Origin: Rhizodiscina lignyota
Taxonomy: Eukaryota
DNA: 64,000 nucleotides
Reading direction: 5' to 3'
Assembly (NCBI GenBank): GCA_010015805.1
Contig: ML978121.1
Span: forward strand, 1,550,001-1,614,000
How positions within the stretch are numbered: position 1 is the first letter of the stretch; every line of letters begins with the position of its first letter. The notes below the pieces were generated by a model. It saw nothing but the letters and a program-made list of their open reading frames with translations, ran no database searches and had not been told where the DNA came from. This document shows positions 12,646 through 24,532 of the stretch, piece by piece. Both the position numbers and the translations under genes were made by a program.

Positions 12646-14445
12646 ATGGCGTTCAACTTCAACTGGTCCCCGCTGATTGCGGACACGTCCCGCGCAAGGG
12701 ATATGCTCACCAGCGCCTTGAATAAGTCGCCGAAGCCGCCTATAATTGTTGACGATATCATTGTCACCGAGTTGAACCTGGGATCGACGCCGCCAGAGCT
12801 TGAAATCCTGGAGATCGGAGACCTGGCAGAAGACCGCTTCAGAGGAATCTTCAAAATGTCATATACTGGCGACGCCTTTCTTACACTCAAAACGCGAGTT
12901 CAGGCGAATCCCTTGAATACCTACCTCAGCACGAAGCCTTCCTTTGCATCTCCGCAACCTCTCGCCGCAGCTTCGGGCCTTACGATCCCTTTGCAAATCA
13001 CCTTATCAGATATTCGACTTTCAGGCTTTGTCATTCTCGTCTTCTCTAGGCAGAAAGGCCTCACAATTGTCTTCCGCAACGATCCCCTCGAGTCGCTCAA
13101 AGTTTCCTCCACTTTCGATTCCATACCATTCGTCCGTGATTATTTACAGAAGGAAATAGAAGGACAGCTCAGACTGTTGTTTATGGAAGACTTGCCAGCT
13201 ATTTTGCACCGACTATCGCTGCAAATGTTTGTGCCAGACTACGCGGAGCCGGAGGTCAACAAAGAGACATCGGAGAGACTCCAGGGCCCGGACGAGGCTG
13301 TTGCGCCCATAGATCCGCTTGCAAGCCCTCCACAAAACCCAGTCGATTGGACAGGCGACGAAGAGATGAGACCATTCTCGTTGGAGTCTTCGGAGACCCA
13401 CGCAACATTCAGTCAGAAGAACCTTTTGCGACTTGCGGCGCTAACAGAGTCGCACCGTACGCTTTCCCTGTTCACACCGTCAATCAGAGATACAGTCTTC
13501 AGAGCATGGGCTGGAGCAGCGACAGGCGAATATGGCGAGCACACGACGGGTGTCCAAACTCCTTCATATGCGGCATTGAGCCTGTCACGTGTCAATTCAT
13601 CAATTGGCACGCTTTCAAGCGCAGCAAGTGTTTCAAGCAAAGCAGCATCAGACAGTGAGGTCACGTCATCTCGACCTTCACTTGTTAGCTATGCAAGCAC
13701 AGGGAGTATGGGCGCACCTCGGTCCAGGACAACAAACACAAGGAAAAGGAAGAAGCGAGTCATCAACCTGCGGCGCGATAAAGATGGCAGTGAGAGTGCC
13801 AGCTCCGAAGGATCGCGTACAACCACATCAACACCAGCACCAAGCGTCAGGGGATCTAGCGCACCCTCAGTCATTGCTGAAGAGCCAGAACGGGAGCAGG
13901 AAGAAGACCTTGCAACGCCACCACGCTCCCCTAAGGTCCGCTTCCAGTCAGGGGGCGATAGTATCGATCAAGATATCGATGTGACACCTCGCCTCCGACC
14001 TACAAGCAATAGTACTTTGAGAAAGAGTCCAAATTTATCACCTCGACGAGACGAGACGCCACCAACTTACGAGTCCTCACGAACTGACTTCGCTCCCGAC
14101 GTGAAGTCTTCGAAACAGCCATCGTTACAACCTGCACCTCCTCTCCGTTCTACCAAATCTTCGACCTATATGCCGCCCCATTCGCACTCACCGTTTCCTT
14201 CGAACTATCCTTCGACTTCACCTCTCTTCCGGTCCTTCTCCAATTCCTCGCTCGCTAGCACTAGCGCAGGAAGCACCAGCGACACATACAGTTTTGGCGA
14301 GAGCTCAGGCGGAATACTTGAACAGGCATGGATGCAGAAGATGGCAGCGGAAATCGCGAGGAAGGTCCGCGACGAGAAAGCAGCTCTGGCTTTTAGGGAA
14401 AGGAATGTGAGAGCCGAGCCTCCACCACCTGCTTACGGTGTCTAG
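12646..14445 (+). CDS. MDM34: Mitochondrial distribution and morphology protein 34 (ERMES subunit, SMP domain)
   Basis: Diagnostic N-terminus [64 protein letters not shown]-terminal PPPAY. Confidence 0.95.
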   Translation: MAFNFNWSPLIADTSRARDMLTSALNKSPKPPIIVDDIIVTELNLGSTPPELEILEIGDLAEDRFRGIFKMSYTGDAFLTLKTRVQANPLNTYLSTKPSFASPQPLAAASGLTIPLQITLSDIRLSGFVILVFSRQKGLTIVFRNDPLESLKVSSTFDSIPFVRDYLQKEIEGQLRLLFMEDLPAILHRLSLQMFVPDYAEPEVNKETSERLQGPDEAVAPIDPLASPPQNPVDWTGDEEMRPFSLESSETHATFSQKNLLRLAALTESHRTLSLFTPSIRDTVFRAWAGAATGEYGEHTTGVQTPSYAALSLSRVNSSIGTLSSAASVSSKAASDSEVTSSRPSLVSYASTGSMGAPRSRTTNTRKRKKRVINLRRDKDGSESASSEGSRTTTSTPAPSVRGSSAPSVIAEEPEREQEEDLATPPRSPKVRFQSGGDSIDQDIDVTPRLRPTSNSTLRKSPNLSPRRDETPPTYESSRTDFAPDVKSSKQPSLQPAPPLRSTKSSTYMPPHSHSPFPSNYPSTSPLFRSFSNSSLASTSAGSTSDTYSFGESSGGILEQAWMQKMAAEIARKVRDEKAALAFRERNVRAEPPPPAYGV

Positions 14446-14711
14446 TTGATTTTGTATAATTGGGTGTTTTGCGGCGCTGGGGCACTAAAAAGTGGATTGG
14501 CAGTGTTCGCCTACCTGATAGGCTTCTTGAGTATTGTATTCATCCATTCCTCGTTAAGCGAGTTGTTGAAGATATTGTATACGATCACGAGACACGAGGC
14601 TACGAAGCTGCGGCTGGATGTAATGGCTTTGATGCTGTACTAGTATTACACAACTATGTACTATTCTATTCTCCGATATTTTGTCCCAGTCATGCGAAAT
14701 GATACAGAGAT

Positions 14712-17700
14712 CTATCCAACGTCATGGCCCTTGTCTGGGTATTTTTGCATCCCTAACCGCAGCTCGCGCCATGTCGAAGCCGGAATGTATCTCAATCTCT
14801 CTCGTGCCCCCTTCTTGAGCGGAAATACACCTCGCACTCCGGGAGAGAATAGCCCTCTTAGGGCCCTGCTGCGCTTCTGCTCTGGCGTCCCCCAGAATCG
14901 TACAAGTAAGATCCAGTCCGGCAAGCTCATGCGAGCCCCTATGCGGCCATGCATATAGCGCCTAGAACCGAAGACGGCCATGGCGAGTTTGACGCGGCGG
15001 ATGAGACGGGCACGTTCTGTGGAGGGAGATGTTTGATTAGATGCGTGGTGCCGATGATCGTCATCCTGCGATGGTGATGAATGCGGTGGTGAGGTGATAG
15101 GGGTTCCAATAGACCTGGGCTCGAGTGGTGATTCTGCTTTAATCTCTTTGAGTACGGCTTCGACCTGTGGACACAGCACGGGCGGGAAAATATTGTGGTC
15201 TGCGTAGGTTGGCGGGTCCTGAATCACATGTTCGCTTTGCTCAGATCCAGAGGTAACAGTTTCCCTGTGCTCGTGACTCCGTGGCATGGTATTGGCCGGG
15301 CGTTTGGGTACATATTCGACGATCGCGTTGCCAAAGCCTTCTTCGACTTCGGCGATATTCATGTCATGAGAATCCTGTCCTGTCGCGCTTCCTCTATTGG
15401 CATCATTTCCTCCGATTGAAGCCTGCTGTTCGAACTTCGCATTCCTTTCGGTAGAATTGTCCATTCCCTGGCTGACGGGCTTGCCGTCGTCCATATCTCC
15501 AAGAACACGTTGGACTCCGAAAAGCATCTGCTCCAGAGTCCATGGATTGATCTGATAAGCACGCCTGTTCTGCTGCACATTGCTCCCATTGATGGGTGCA
15601 TACAGCTGCCACAGCCGGTTCGTCAGCGCCCTCACCACCCTGTCTTGGTCAATGTAGACGCCAAGAGAATGCAATTGTACGAGCAGCGCAAGACCACGAA
15701 GAGGATACAAGTCCGGCGGAGGCACCTCGAGATCCGAGAACAAGAAAGGATTCCAAGTAGAGGCCTTAGAACGAGACATCAATTGTTTCCAATCAGCGCT
15801 GCTCGCTGTTGTGTGCCTCATTTTCCACCACCGCTCCAGCTCCTTGAAGCCGGTCTGGAAGCCCCACTCGATAATTGCTCCTTGTCGCGCTGGAGGGAAA
15901 AATTGTCGGAGAAGATGCTGCTCATTGGAGTTTGGAAGCTTGCTTGTCGACGCCAACCATATCTGTTGTCGATCGCGGCGCTGAGCAGTAGTTACTATGC
16001 CCGTCCTGCTCGGAACACTGGACATTGCAAGTTGGTAGTTTCGAGCGAGCCAGATCAGCATGTGCGAAAGGTCTTTCCAGCGTCCAGTCATGCCAAGACG
16101 TCGAGTGATCTCTATCCACGCCCAAGGCTGGACTGGCCAGCCATCCTCGAAGAGACAACGGAGGAAATTTGCCAGGAAGAGGGTATCGTCGTAGTCTGAA
16201 ACAGGAGCAGGGCGATGACCTTGCCGCCTGGGTCGCAATTTGTGGCGGAAAATATGCGCGATGCTCACTCCTGTCAGCCTCGTGCCGCTCTGTCGAACTT
16301 CAGTGATGATTTCCATGAGTTGATTCCAGTCTGATTTCTCCGCGTGATGCTGAAGGAGCGCATTCCACTCGAAATTCTCCGCCCAATTGTGAAAATGCCT
16401 GAGGACATACAGGGTCCAATGCACATCCCCCCAGTTACCCTTCTGGAGATACGACTCGAGGAGCCGCATTTGGGTGTCTTTATCCTCCAGCACTTCAGGG
16501 TGCTGATCTGTAGATAGCAAAGTATTGTAGAGGGTCTCCCTCTTTTCTGTAGCAAGCTTGACAAGCGCAAGCGTAAAGACGCACTCGCGGACTGAGATTC
16601 CCGCCTCGCGGAGCCTTTGCACTTTCTCCAGTAAGCCCGAAGTGGAATTGACTCGAAGTGCAAGCTCTCTTAGGGCCAGCGGTCCTACCCATTCTGCCCC
16701 AAACGCACTAAGGCCCATGATGACAAAGTCAACCGGAAAAGCTTGAGTTGCGAAGAGCCGAGCACAGAATTGATCGCTGATATCGACAGGAGGAATATTG
16801 TGTACATGTCCCATGATTCTTGACATGACCTCATGAGTGAAATTTGAAATTGGTATCACGGACGAGCCCTCTGGCTTTTTGCTATATCTGTGGCTTGGGA
16901 GCGCTGCGAGTGATGGACTTGGAGAAGCTGGCGTGGATGTAAATACGAAGCGTCGAGATCCTGGGAATTCCATCTGCTTTACAAACGGATGATCTGCCAA
17001 AGCCAGTGACGGCCGGTCACCGTGCTGAATTAAAAGATAATGCCATTCGACAGCCATCTGATATTCTTTTTGCCGGCAGAGATATGGGATCAAGGTGTCA
17101 TACAAGCCCTTTGGCGTATCCCCATGTTGAATCAAAAGGTGATGCCACTCGGTAGCTTTCTCGAATTGCCGACGACAGCAGAGCAGATATATCAGAGTGT
17201 TGTATAGATCCCTTTGGTCCTCAGCAAGGTACAGTTCCTCGAATATTGACCAACACTCTGGGTCCCGTGGAATCATCTTTACGATTGCTTTAAGGATACC
17301 CTGGGGCACGTAGTATTGCTCCTTAAAGCGCATGTGCCAGTATAAAACGGCATGCCTAGATTCCCGAAAGCACTGCCGCATAATGCCAATGTACAACGAG
17401 GGATAGACTCTTCCAGTTCTCGACTTGATGCCGATTGCAAACTGGAACACATCGTCCCAAAGCTCGCGGTGCTTTCGTAGCAGTCTCCAGGTAACCTTCA
17501 CAGCATCATCTTCCTCGGGGAGATCAATTTCGAGGGTTATCATATCCTCCAAGACCCTCCGAATCCCGGAAGCCCCTTCCAGTCTGTCACTGGCTTCTAG
17601 AAGTTCCGGCCATTTCCAGTATAGAGTGTGTTCTTCTCTGTTCTGGCGTACGGCTCGAATTGGGGGAACGATGCTCGACGCAGGTGGGTGAGGAGGAGAG

Positions 17701-18218
17701 ATGCTGTTTGGGTCGAGGTCGACATGGTCTTCGCGATTCAACGGGAAGGCAAGTTTCCTCCATCCAGCTTTTCCAGTGTCCGGATGAGACTCGGTGCGCC
17801 TTTCCGTAGACCTAGCCCTGAGATGTCTGATAGGGACCGGCACATCGACTGGAGTGCGACGCACTGTTGGTGGTACTCCCCGCCGTCCATGCCGCTGTCG
17901 TTCTGATGCTACGTCCTCCTGCCTTTCTACATGCCTGGGAGCAACGAACTTGACGCGCACAGGCATATCAATGTAGAAGTTGCGAACCACATTGTGCCTT
18001 GCCTCTCCCGGTCCATGCTCTTGTCCGTCTTGTCCTGTATTCTTGTTCTTCCAATATTCGCCATCATGCACCTCGGCAAACCCCTTTTCATGAAGATGTC
18101 TGCAATTGCACGTGAAATTGCAAATACTTGGAAGCTCGGAGCTGGGATTCGAAAGTATCTTTCGTAAAGTTCGTAGCGCGTTGGGGTTCGCCAGGAGACG
18201 ATCTAATGCCGTTTGCAT
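14712..18218 (-). CDS. Large pentatricopeptide-repeat-type protein, probably mitochondrial
   Basis: Long single ORF; basic amphipathic N-terminus MQTALDRLLANPNAL; PPR-like helical repeats (LYNTLIYLLCCRRQFEKATEWHHLLIQHGD / LYDTLIPYLCRQKEYQMAVEWHYLLIQHGD). Confidence 0.75.
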   Translation of the reverse strand: MQTALDRLLANPNALRTLRKILSNPSSELPSICNFTCNCRHLHEKGFAEVHDGEYWKNKNTGQDGQEHGPGEARHNVVRNFYIDMPVRVKFVAPRHVERQEDVASERQRHGRRGVPPTVRRTPVDVPVPIRHLRARSTERRTESHPDTGKAGWRKLAFPLNREDHVDLDPNSISPPHPPASSIVPPIRAVRQNREEHTLYWKWPELLEASDRLEGASGIRRVLEDMITLEIDLPEEDDAVKVTWRLLRKHRELWDDVFQFAIGIKSRTGRVYPSLYIGIMRQCFRESRHAVLYWHMRFKEQYYVPQGILKAIVKMIPRDPECWSIFEELYLAEDQRDLYNTLIYLLCCRRQFEKATEWHHLLIQHGDTPKGLYDTLIPYLCRQKEYQMAVEWHYLLIQHGDRPSLALADHPFVKQMEFPGSRRFVFTSTPASPSPSLAALPSHRYSKKPEGSSVIPISNFTHEVMSRIMGHVHNIPPVDISDQFCARLFATQAFPVDFVIMGLSAFGAEWVGPLALRELALRVNSTSGLLEKVQRLREAGISVRECVFTLALVKLATEKRETLYNTLLSTDQHPEVLEDKDTQMRLLESYLQKGNWGDVHWTLYVLRHFHNWAENFEWNALLQHHAEKSDWNQLMEIITEVRQSGTRLTGVSIAHIFRHKLRPRRQGHRPAPVSDYDDTLFLANFLRCLFEDGWPVQPWAWIEITRRLGMTGRWKDLSHMLIWLARNYQLAMSSVPSRTGIVTTAQRRDRQQIWLASTSKLPNSNEQHLLRQFFPPARQGAIIEWGFQTGFKELERWWKMRHTTASSADWKQLMSRSKASTWNPFLFSDLEVPPPDLYPLRGLALLVQLHSLGVYIDQDRVVRALTNRLWQLYAPINGSNVQQNRRAYQINPWTLEQMLFGVQRVLGDMDDGKPVSQGMDNSTERNAKFEQQASIGGNDANRGSATGQDSHDMNIAEVEEGFGNAIVEYVPKRPANTMPRSHEHRETVTSGSEQSEHVIQDPPTYADHNIFPPVLCPQVEAVLKEIKAESPLEPRSIGTPITSPPHSSPSQDDDHRHHASNQTSPSTERARLIRRVKLAMAVFGSRRYMHGRIGARMSLPDWILLVRFWGTPEQKRSRALRGLFSPGVRGVFPLKKGARERLRYIPASTWRELRLGMQKYPDKGHDVG

Positions 18219-18557
18219 CAATTGAACAGATTCCACGAAGACTCAGCAGCGTCAACCATTAATCGCTGCTCCATCGATGGATCTAGGGAGTTGAGGTTAG
18301 CAGCTAGCAATCGCGGTTTCCAGTACGAGCTCGACTGTCGAAGCTTAAGCATCACCAAAACGCGCATTGAAGTCGGGTCTCTCGGCGGCGTCGGCGCGGA
18401 AAAATAAATTTCCGGACTGCCCTGAATGCCAAGCATCTCGGGATCATGAGAGCTTCAACGACTACGACTCTTTGAAGCTCACTCGAACCACCAATTGCCA
18501 GGCTCAATTGCTTCCTCCGCGTCTCCTACATCGAGTTCCAGCTCCACCGTCGCAACA

Positions 18558-19083
18558 ATGCCTGGGTATGTCTCTCGGCCCCTTCCCATACTTCACAGTC
18601 TCCCACGACTCCCCGTCAATGGAGCTTTTAGTGGCGCCACTTCTTCAATCCCTTGACTGCCCAACTAATATATGCATCTACAGCTTTATCTACCGCGAAA
18701 ACCGTGTACCTCACTACCAGCGCCTGTTCCAAGCGCATGATGGTAAACGTCAATGGGTGCAGGCAAGTCCCTCCAACCTCCGCTCCTCCCCGATTACTCG
18801 CGCGAATCCTCAAGTCTTCAACAATTGGGAGTTGTATAACCTTGGGATAGACTGGAAAGACGAATACTACATATGAGCTATGGCTAACAAGATAATGCTG
18901 TAGACGCCACGAAGCAGGCTGATCCTCTACCCATACTACGTCCTGCTCTGGGGAACGTTCGGATGCTCAGTTTACGGCATGTGCAGGATGGTTATGGTTC
19001 GTGATATCTAAGATTATGCTGATGCTTCTGTTCATGGCTAATGAGTTGTACAGGGACACAAGACGTGGTTCAGCAAGGGCTAA
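18558..19083 (+). CDS. COX7: Cytochrome c oxidase subunit VII (Cox7/COX7a-like), 4 exons: 18558-18565, 18684-18762, 18904-18996, 19054-19083
   Basis: Spliced product MPGFIYRENRVPHYQRLFQAHDGKRQWVQTPRSRLILYPYYVLLWGTFGCSVYGMCRMVMGHKTWFSKG: NRVPHYQRLFQ motif plus a single TM helix; missed by the ORF track. Confidence 0.85.
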
Positions 19084-19298
19084 TCATCTCAATCACGTCA
19101 CTTCCACATCGTTCTCGTCTCGCCAACTTCCAGGTCGTCACTGTAAATATCAAGTGAATGCATAGATCAATCGTCTCAAAACTTTACTGATGAATATCAC
19201 AAGCACATGTGAAGAAGTTTGATTTGAATGTCTGCCACGTTGGTTCCTGAGCTTTCGAAAGAGAACGAGCAAGCCCAAGAAGACTTCGTGCCACTGAA

Positions 19299-21224
19299 TT
19301 ACTTCCGTTTCGCCTTGAATGTCTGTAAAGGATTGCTCTTCCTGCCACTGCTTGGCTTCCCTTTACCTCGCGCCCTATTCCTCAATCGACCTTTGCGAAT
19401 CTTATTCTCCTCCCCGGGCAGTTTTCTCAGCCCAACAAAGCCGACCTCACCCTGCGCCAATGCCTTCTTACTACCGTTCGGCAGTAAGTACTCAGGAACA
19501 TGCTTCAGATGCCCTTGTATTCTTGCCGCACGCAACTCGCCGTCATGTCGCAAGTGCTGCAGGTCGTCTGGATTCTCCTCGAAGTGACGTTTCAACTTCT
19601 CGCTCTTGATAAGTTCTTGCCGCAGCTCGCGCACACGAGCTTCCTTAACTGCTCCAGCTGTGACTGCTTTCAGCGCGTCAGCAAGACGATAGCGAAAGCC
19701 GTCCAGACGCTTCATGTCGAAATTGTACGGCTGGACCTTTTGACCTTTCTTCTCCTGATGTTTGATGATCTTGGCAAGTACTTCTTCATCATACTTTGTG
19801 GATGCAAAGCTTGTGCGTTTGTGCTTGCCGTACAGCTCCTTCGGAATTACGAACGACAATGCCATTCCACTTTTACCGGCACGTGCTGTACGGCCAATTC
19901 GGTGGGTGTAAGATTTCGAAGATGTTGGCAAATCGAAATTCAATACGCATGCGACGTTCTTGAAGTCGATACCGCGAGCCACGCCGTAGTCCTTGTCGCG
20001 CTTTGCTGTCTTCTGCTTCTTCCGAGGCCGCTCGACAGCACTGTCTTCCTGAACTCCGACACCCTCTTCTGCTTTCTCAATCTCTTCACCATTCGGGTTA
20101 TCCTGGGTAGGCGCCTGTCCGTCCTTGCTGTCACTGCTATTCGACTTTGAATTCTTCTTTGAGCCCTCGTTCCCAAACACTTCATCTTCGTCAGTAGCGA
20201 TGATAATGTTGTAGACATTCTTATTGAACTCTTCGACGACGTGTATGCGTGAATTGACTGGGAGCTCCGAATTGAGAACACAGCTCTTGAGCCCAAATTG
20301 CTCTAAGAACAATTTCAGCCTGTAGCAGCGCTCGATGTCGCCCACAAACACAATCGTCTTGCCCTTGATCAACTTGAGCATGAAGATGGCGTAAAGAAGA
20401 AGGAATTTCTCGTCCTCGGCACAGCGCACAACGTATTGGCTCACGCCTTCCGAGTCTTTCTCCTCTTCCTCCAGTTCGAGAATAACCGGATCTCTGCAGA
20501 AGAGCCCCTTCAGCGTGTCCACGTCCGCTCGCAGCGTTGCGCTCATCAGGGAAGTCTGAATGCCCTGCGGAATTGCCCTCGATATTTGTTTCAGGTCGTC
20601 CTCGTAGTCGTAACTAAGTATCAAATCCGCTTCGTCGATGACGAGGTGCGTCAGGTTTGCGAGAGACAGTGCGGAGGAATTGAGGTTTTGGACCACTCTT
20701 CCAGGTGTTGCAACGACAATGTCTGGCGAAGCGGCCAGTCGCGCCCTCTGCACATTATCATCCTCCTTCCGGGTAAGGTTCTCTGTCCGAACATCCTGAG
20801 AGCAGAACTTGGAGAGTGACTCGATGGCTTTGCTCACTTGCCCAGCAAGCTCACGCGTAGGTACGAGTATCAGTGCGGTCGTGCATGGTTCGAAGGAGTG
20901 GTCGGCTTTACGCTTGATGATAGATTGGAGGATGGGTAGGACGTATGCTGCAGTCTTTCCGGACCCGGTCTTCGATCGCGCTGTACACAATTAGACCTAG
21001 AAAGAACCGGGATCAGAAGCCGACTTACCCAGTACGTCTTTACCCTGGAGTGCGAGGGGAATTGCTCGAGTTTGCACAGGCGTGGGCCTCGCAAAGCCTT
21101 CATTCCTTATTCCTTGAAGAAGTCGCGCATCGAGTTGGAACTCTTCAAATGCTGAAATCTTCGAGTTCCCTGGTTGCGAATCTACCTCCTCCGGCTCGTC
21201 TTTCGCATTCAGTTTTCGCTTCAT
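19299..21224 (-). CDS. DBP9: DEAD-box RNA helicase Dbp9 (60S biogenesis), 2 exons
   Basis: MKRKLN start; Q motif [47 protein letters not shown]-terminal [21 protein letters not shown]. Confidence 0.93.
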
Positions 21225-21539
21225 TGTGGCTCCTGTCGTAAGGTTTCTTCTAGGAAACTTCCTTCTAGGAAATTTTTGGACTTTAGATGTTCTGACGCTT
21301 GGCAAAATCTTGGCATCCTCAAAATAATTGTGGGGAGGCGCTGCATCTCGCTGTCTTCCGCCAACACAGATTTTTACTGCTGCTCATGACTTGGCTCAAC
21401 GTATGCTAGAATTGCAGAATTTGCGTACCAAAAACATATTCGGAGCGAAATGCGCGATCAAGGTTAACCCGATGCTACTGAAAACAAATGGATATTGCTT
21501 AACCGGGAATGAGAACACTCTATCACGGTCCACTAACTT

Positions 21540-21780
21540 GTAACCCCTAAACCTTTCATAAACTGTCTTTGCTCCTCATAGGATGCATGCAAGAGTAACG
21601 CCGCGTTGGCCTTGTCAACTCCTATAACTTAAGATCCTAAATAAGGATCCTACCCTATAATCCTAAATCCTATCCTAAATCTTACCCTATCCCCTTTTTC
21701 ATCATACCCTAATATGGAATAGGATCCCTCCTCCAAGCCTCTAAATCCCGTACATTGAGGCCTATAAATCCGCCACTATG
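21540..21780. repeat. Low-complexity TpA-rich tract (CCTA/TCCTAAAT units), possible RIP-degraded relic
   Basis: Repeated tcctaaat/cctat/accctat words with TpA enrichment, unlike the flanks. Confidence 0.45.
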
Positions 21781-22276
21781 CACCCACGAACGGCCAAATG
21801 TTACCAAAAGATGCAAAGAACCAGTCCATTGTCCAGATGATCTTTGAACTTTCCTGGTGGCCCGGCCATGGAGTTGCACCGATATTGTCACTCATGTGTC
21901 TCAGGTATCATGTGTGAAGCACCTTGCGCCGGTATCGAACTTGCTATCTGTGGATTTGGAGTGCCAGGTAATACTCGAAGACTTCCGCGGGTATCTGAGA
22001 TGAAATTCAACGCTAATGCAGGCTGCAGATGGAACGCTAATGTAAATGCCCCATGAAAATCAAAGCGTATCTAAGTCATGTCTCGTATCCGGTCCTCGCG
22101 ACAAAATCTGTCGCCAACAGACCGTATCTTGGACCGCCTTGGAAAGCTGACAGCACTGGGAGTAGCTTTCCGGGTCTCGTAAGCCAGGTCACTGCATCTA
22201 GGCAGGCCTCGGAAATTCGTAGAATATGCAAAAGAAGAAACCGAATAGAGTGCGATATCGAAGAACGAAGACACGC

Positions 22277-23850
22277 TCAGGGCCTTCTGTGTTGCTTCCC
22301 TTTCCCTTTTCCCTTTCCCTTGGAGCTCTCGGCACTGGCCTCGGTCTGTGTCGCTGCTACCAATTTTTTAATGTAATTGATCTGGTCTTCGCGAGGCGCA
22401 TGCAGAAGGTAGTCTGCCATCTGGTCGTGTTGCGGCGTCTGCCGGGCCTTTAAGTGTGTAACCCAACCTTGAACACTCTGGTTATGTTGCGCATCCACGA
22501 CGTGTTGTAATTGGCCTGTTCCGACACCAGCATACCCAGAATCACCCTCTCCTTCCTCATCCTCATCTTCCTCATCGTTATCGTCATTATTGTCATCGTC
22601 TTGCTCTTCTCCTTCCTCAACATTAGCCAACCTCAACCGGGCTAACTGTTCTTGAATTTCATGTGCTGTATGACGTCCACGCACAGCCAGAGAACCTTCT
22701 TCAACAGTATCATCATCTTGTTCTTCTCCTTGATCTGACAGTTCGGGTAAGCTGAATACTTCCTTGAAATTGAGCACGAATTGGGTCTTGGATTCCTTTG
22801 CGACGGTCCCGAAGTCATAAACTTTCACGTTATGTTCAACAGGGTAGATCTTGTTGTAGTTAATTCTGGACATTGGATCCATTTTGTCCCCTTTAGACCG
22901 AGGCGTGACCTTAATTGGAGGCTGCATACCTTCCTCGCCAGCAGAGACTTTTTCCTCAGGTGCTGGCTTAGGTGGCTTGGAACTCGTATGGATGATGCCA
23001 TGGTGGCTTTTCACCACTGATGGCTTTCCAACCCCTTTCCCTTCGTAGGTCTGGATCGGAAGACACGAACTGTATCCAGGGCCCTCCTGGAGCACGGCAA
23101 ACCATCGAATCTTGGTGTGGACAGCTTCGCCGCTGAATGGGCCATCTGACAATACGGTTCCGCGATTCGGACCAGCAGGCTCCGACCAAAGAATTCTAAA
23201 GATCTGCAAAGTTCTACTCAGCGAAATATCTCGCAGTGGTGCGTATTACGGGAACACACTCTCCCCGGTTTGAAAAAATGGTCTGATGCTCTCCTGACCT
23301 TGTATCCTGAACATATCCTTAGCAAGAGCGATGTTGCAGAGCACACGAAACATACTCGGATCTAAAGACTCGTGGCTTCCCGTCGTCCCCCGTATGAACC
23401 TCTGTTGTAGGGATTGTTCAGAATCATAGGCGCCAGCGCCGCTCGGATGTGTAGAAGCAGACGGTCCGTAAGTAGTAGGATGCGTGATCGTTGGCTGCGC
23501 GTAAGGAGCTTGCACGGGAGAAGGATGATATTGCAGCGGAGTGGGCAGCGGAGCTGTCGGCCATGTCAGCTATCTCGTACACTCATCAGGCTTTGCGAGA
23601 CACTGGAGTCATCTCAGCTCTCTGTAACTCCGGGATTATGCAATGAAAGACCCGGACAGAGAAATTCCTGGAGGCAGGAAAACCAAGGAGGCTCCGAGGA
23701 TGGTGCTCATCGGGAAGTCGTACCGTGTGTCGCAGGCGCAACAGCAATCCGCTCTCCATCAGCGTACACATAGCAGTTCTCGGCCGGGCTGAAGTAGAAG
23801 TATTTTTGACGGGTTGGATCCCAGGTCCAGCCTGATGGATTGCTTGACAT
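22277..23850 (-). CDS. DUF6590-type protein, copy A (N-terminal W/Y-rich WW-like module, PemK/MazF-like core, acidic and GK tail), multi-exon
   Basis: Exon 1 MSSNPSGWTWDPTRQKYFYFSPAENCYVYADGERI; spliced core LDPRY..FFKPGR|IFRILWSEPAG..KIRWFAVL..CLPIQTYEGKG..HGII..MDPMSRINYNKIYPVEHNVKVYDFGTV; middle exon boundaries not all resolved. Confidence 0.82.
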
Positions 23851-24532
23851 GGTCACGATCCGACGGCATGGCAGTTGCGTGCATCTGAAGAAGTACTATC
23901 CGCCGAGGCTTTGAGAATTGCTATATGGCCATCTCACGGAGAAAAGCGGCTTGCTGTGCGGCTCTGGCATTGTGCTCATGACAGGACGCAGGCGCGGCTA
24001 AATCGCTGTTAGAGCGCGCGCAGCTTGCTTGTGATAGTCCCGTAGCCGTCCTTACGAGGCGGCGGATGTCGAGAGCTCGGTCAAACCTTACGCGACGGGA
24101 GCGCATCTCTCGTCCCCGTCGTTGCTCCCAATGATGCACCACGCTGACCCTCCACACGAGGGCGCGTTGCCCAATGAATCGCGCCTCTTCCGTCCGGGGC
24201 TTCCAATCTAGCTGATTGCCACTTTGCCTGCATGCCACCTCGACAGGCCAGCCTCGACGAAGTCACAGTGGCAGACAGGATGTGGCTTGCAGAGTGCAGG
24301 GAGCGCTGACGACCGTGCCTCAGCCCGCTGGCGGCTGGTCAAGGGCCAAGGCGATCGCGCCTGCGCAGCGCACCCTTTACATCTGCTACGGTGCACCACT
24401 GGGAACACCTTACACTTTTCCTACCGATGCTGCGTCAATAACCTCCGTCGCCGCGACGGCACAGGGAGCCTCAATTTTTGGCTATGATACTCTCTGCAGC
24501 GCTCTTACCGCCACAGCACGAAGCTTCCATGG

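Noticed and set aside
21240..21280. Direct repeat cttctaggaaa and an AAATTTTT (RRPE- or HSE-like) element upstream of DBP9
   Set aside because: Only partial consensus matches; too short to support a call
21540..21560. taacccctaaacc as an interstitial telomere repeat
   Set aside because: No true tandem CCCTAA units
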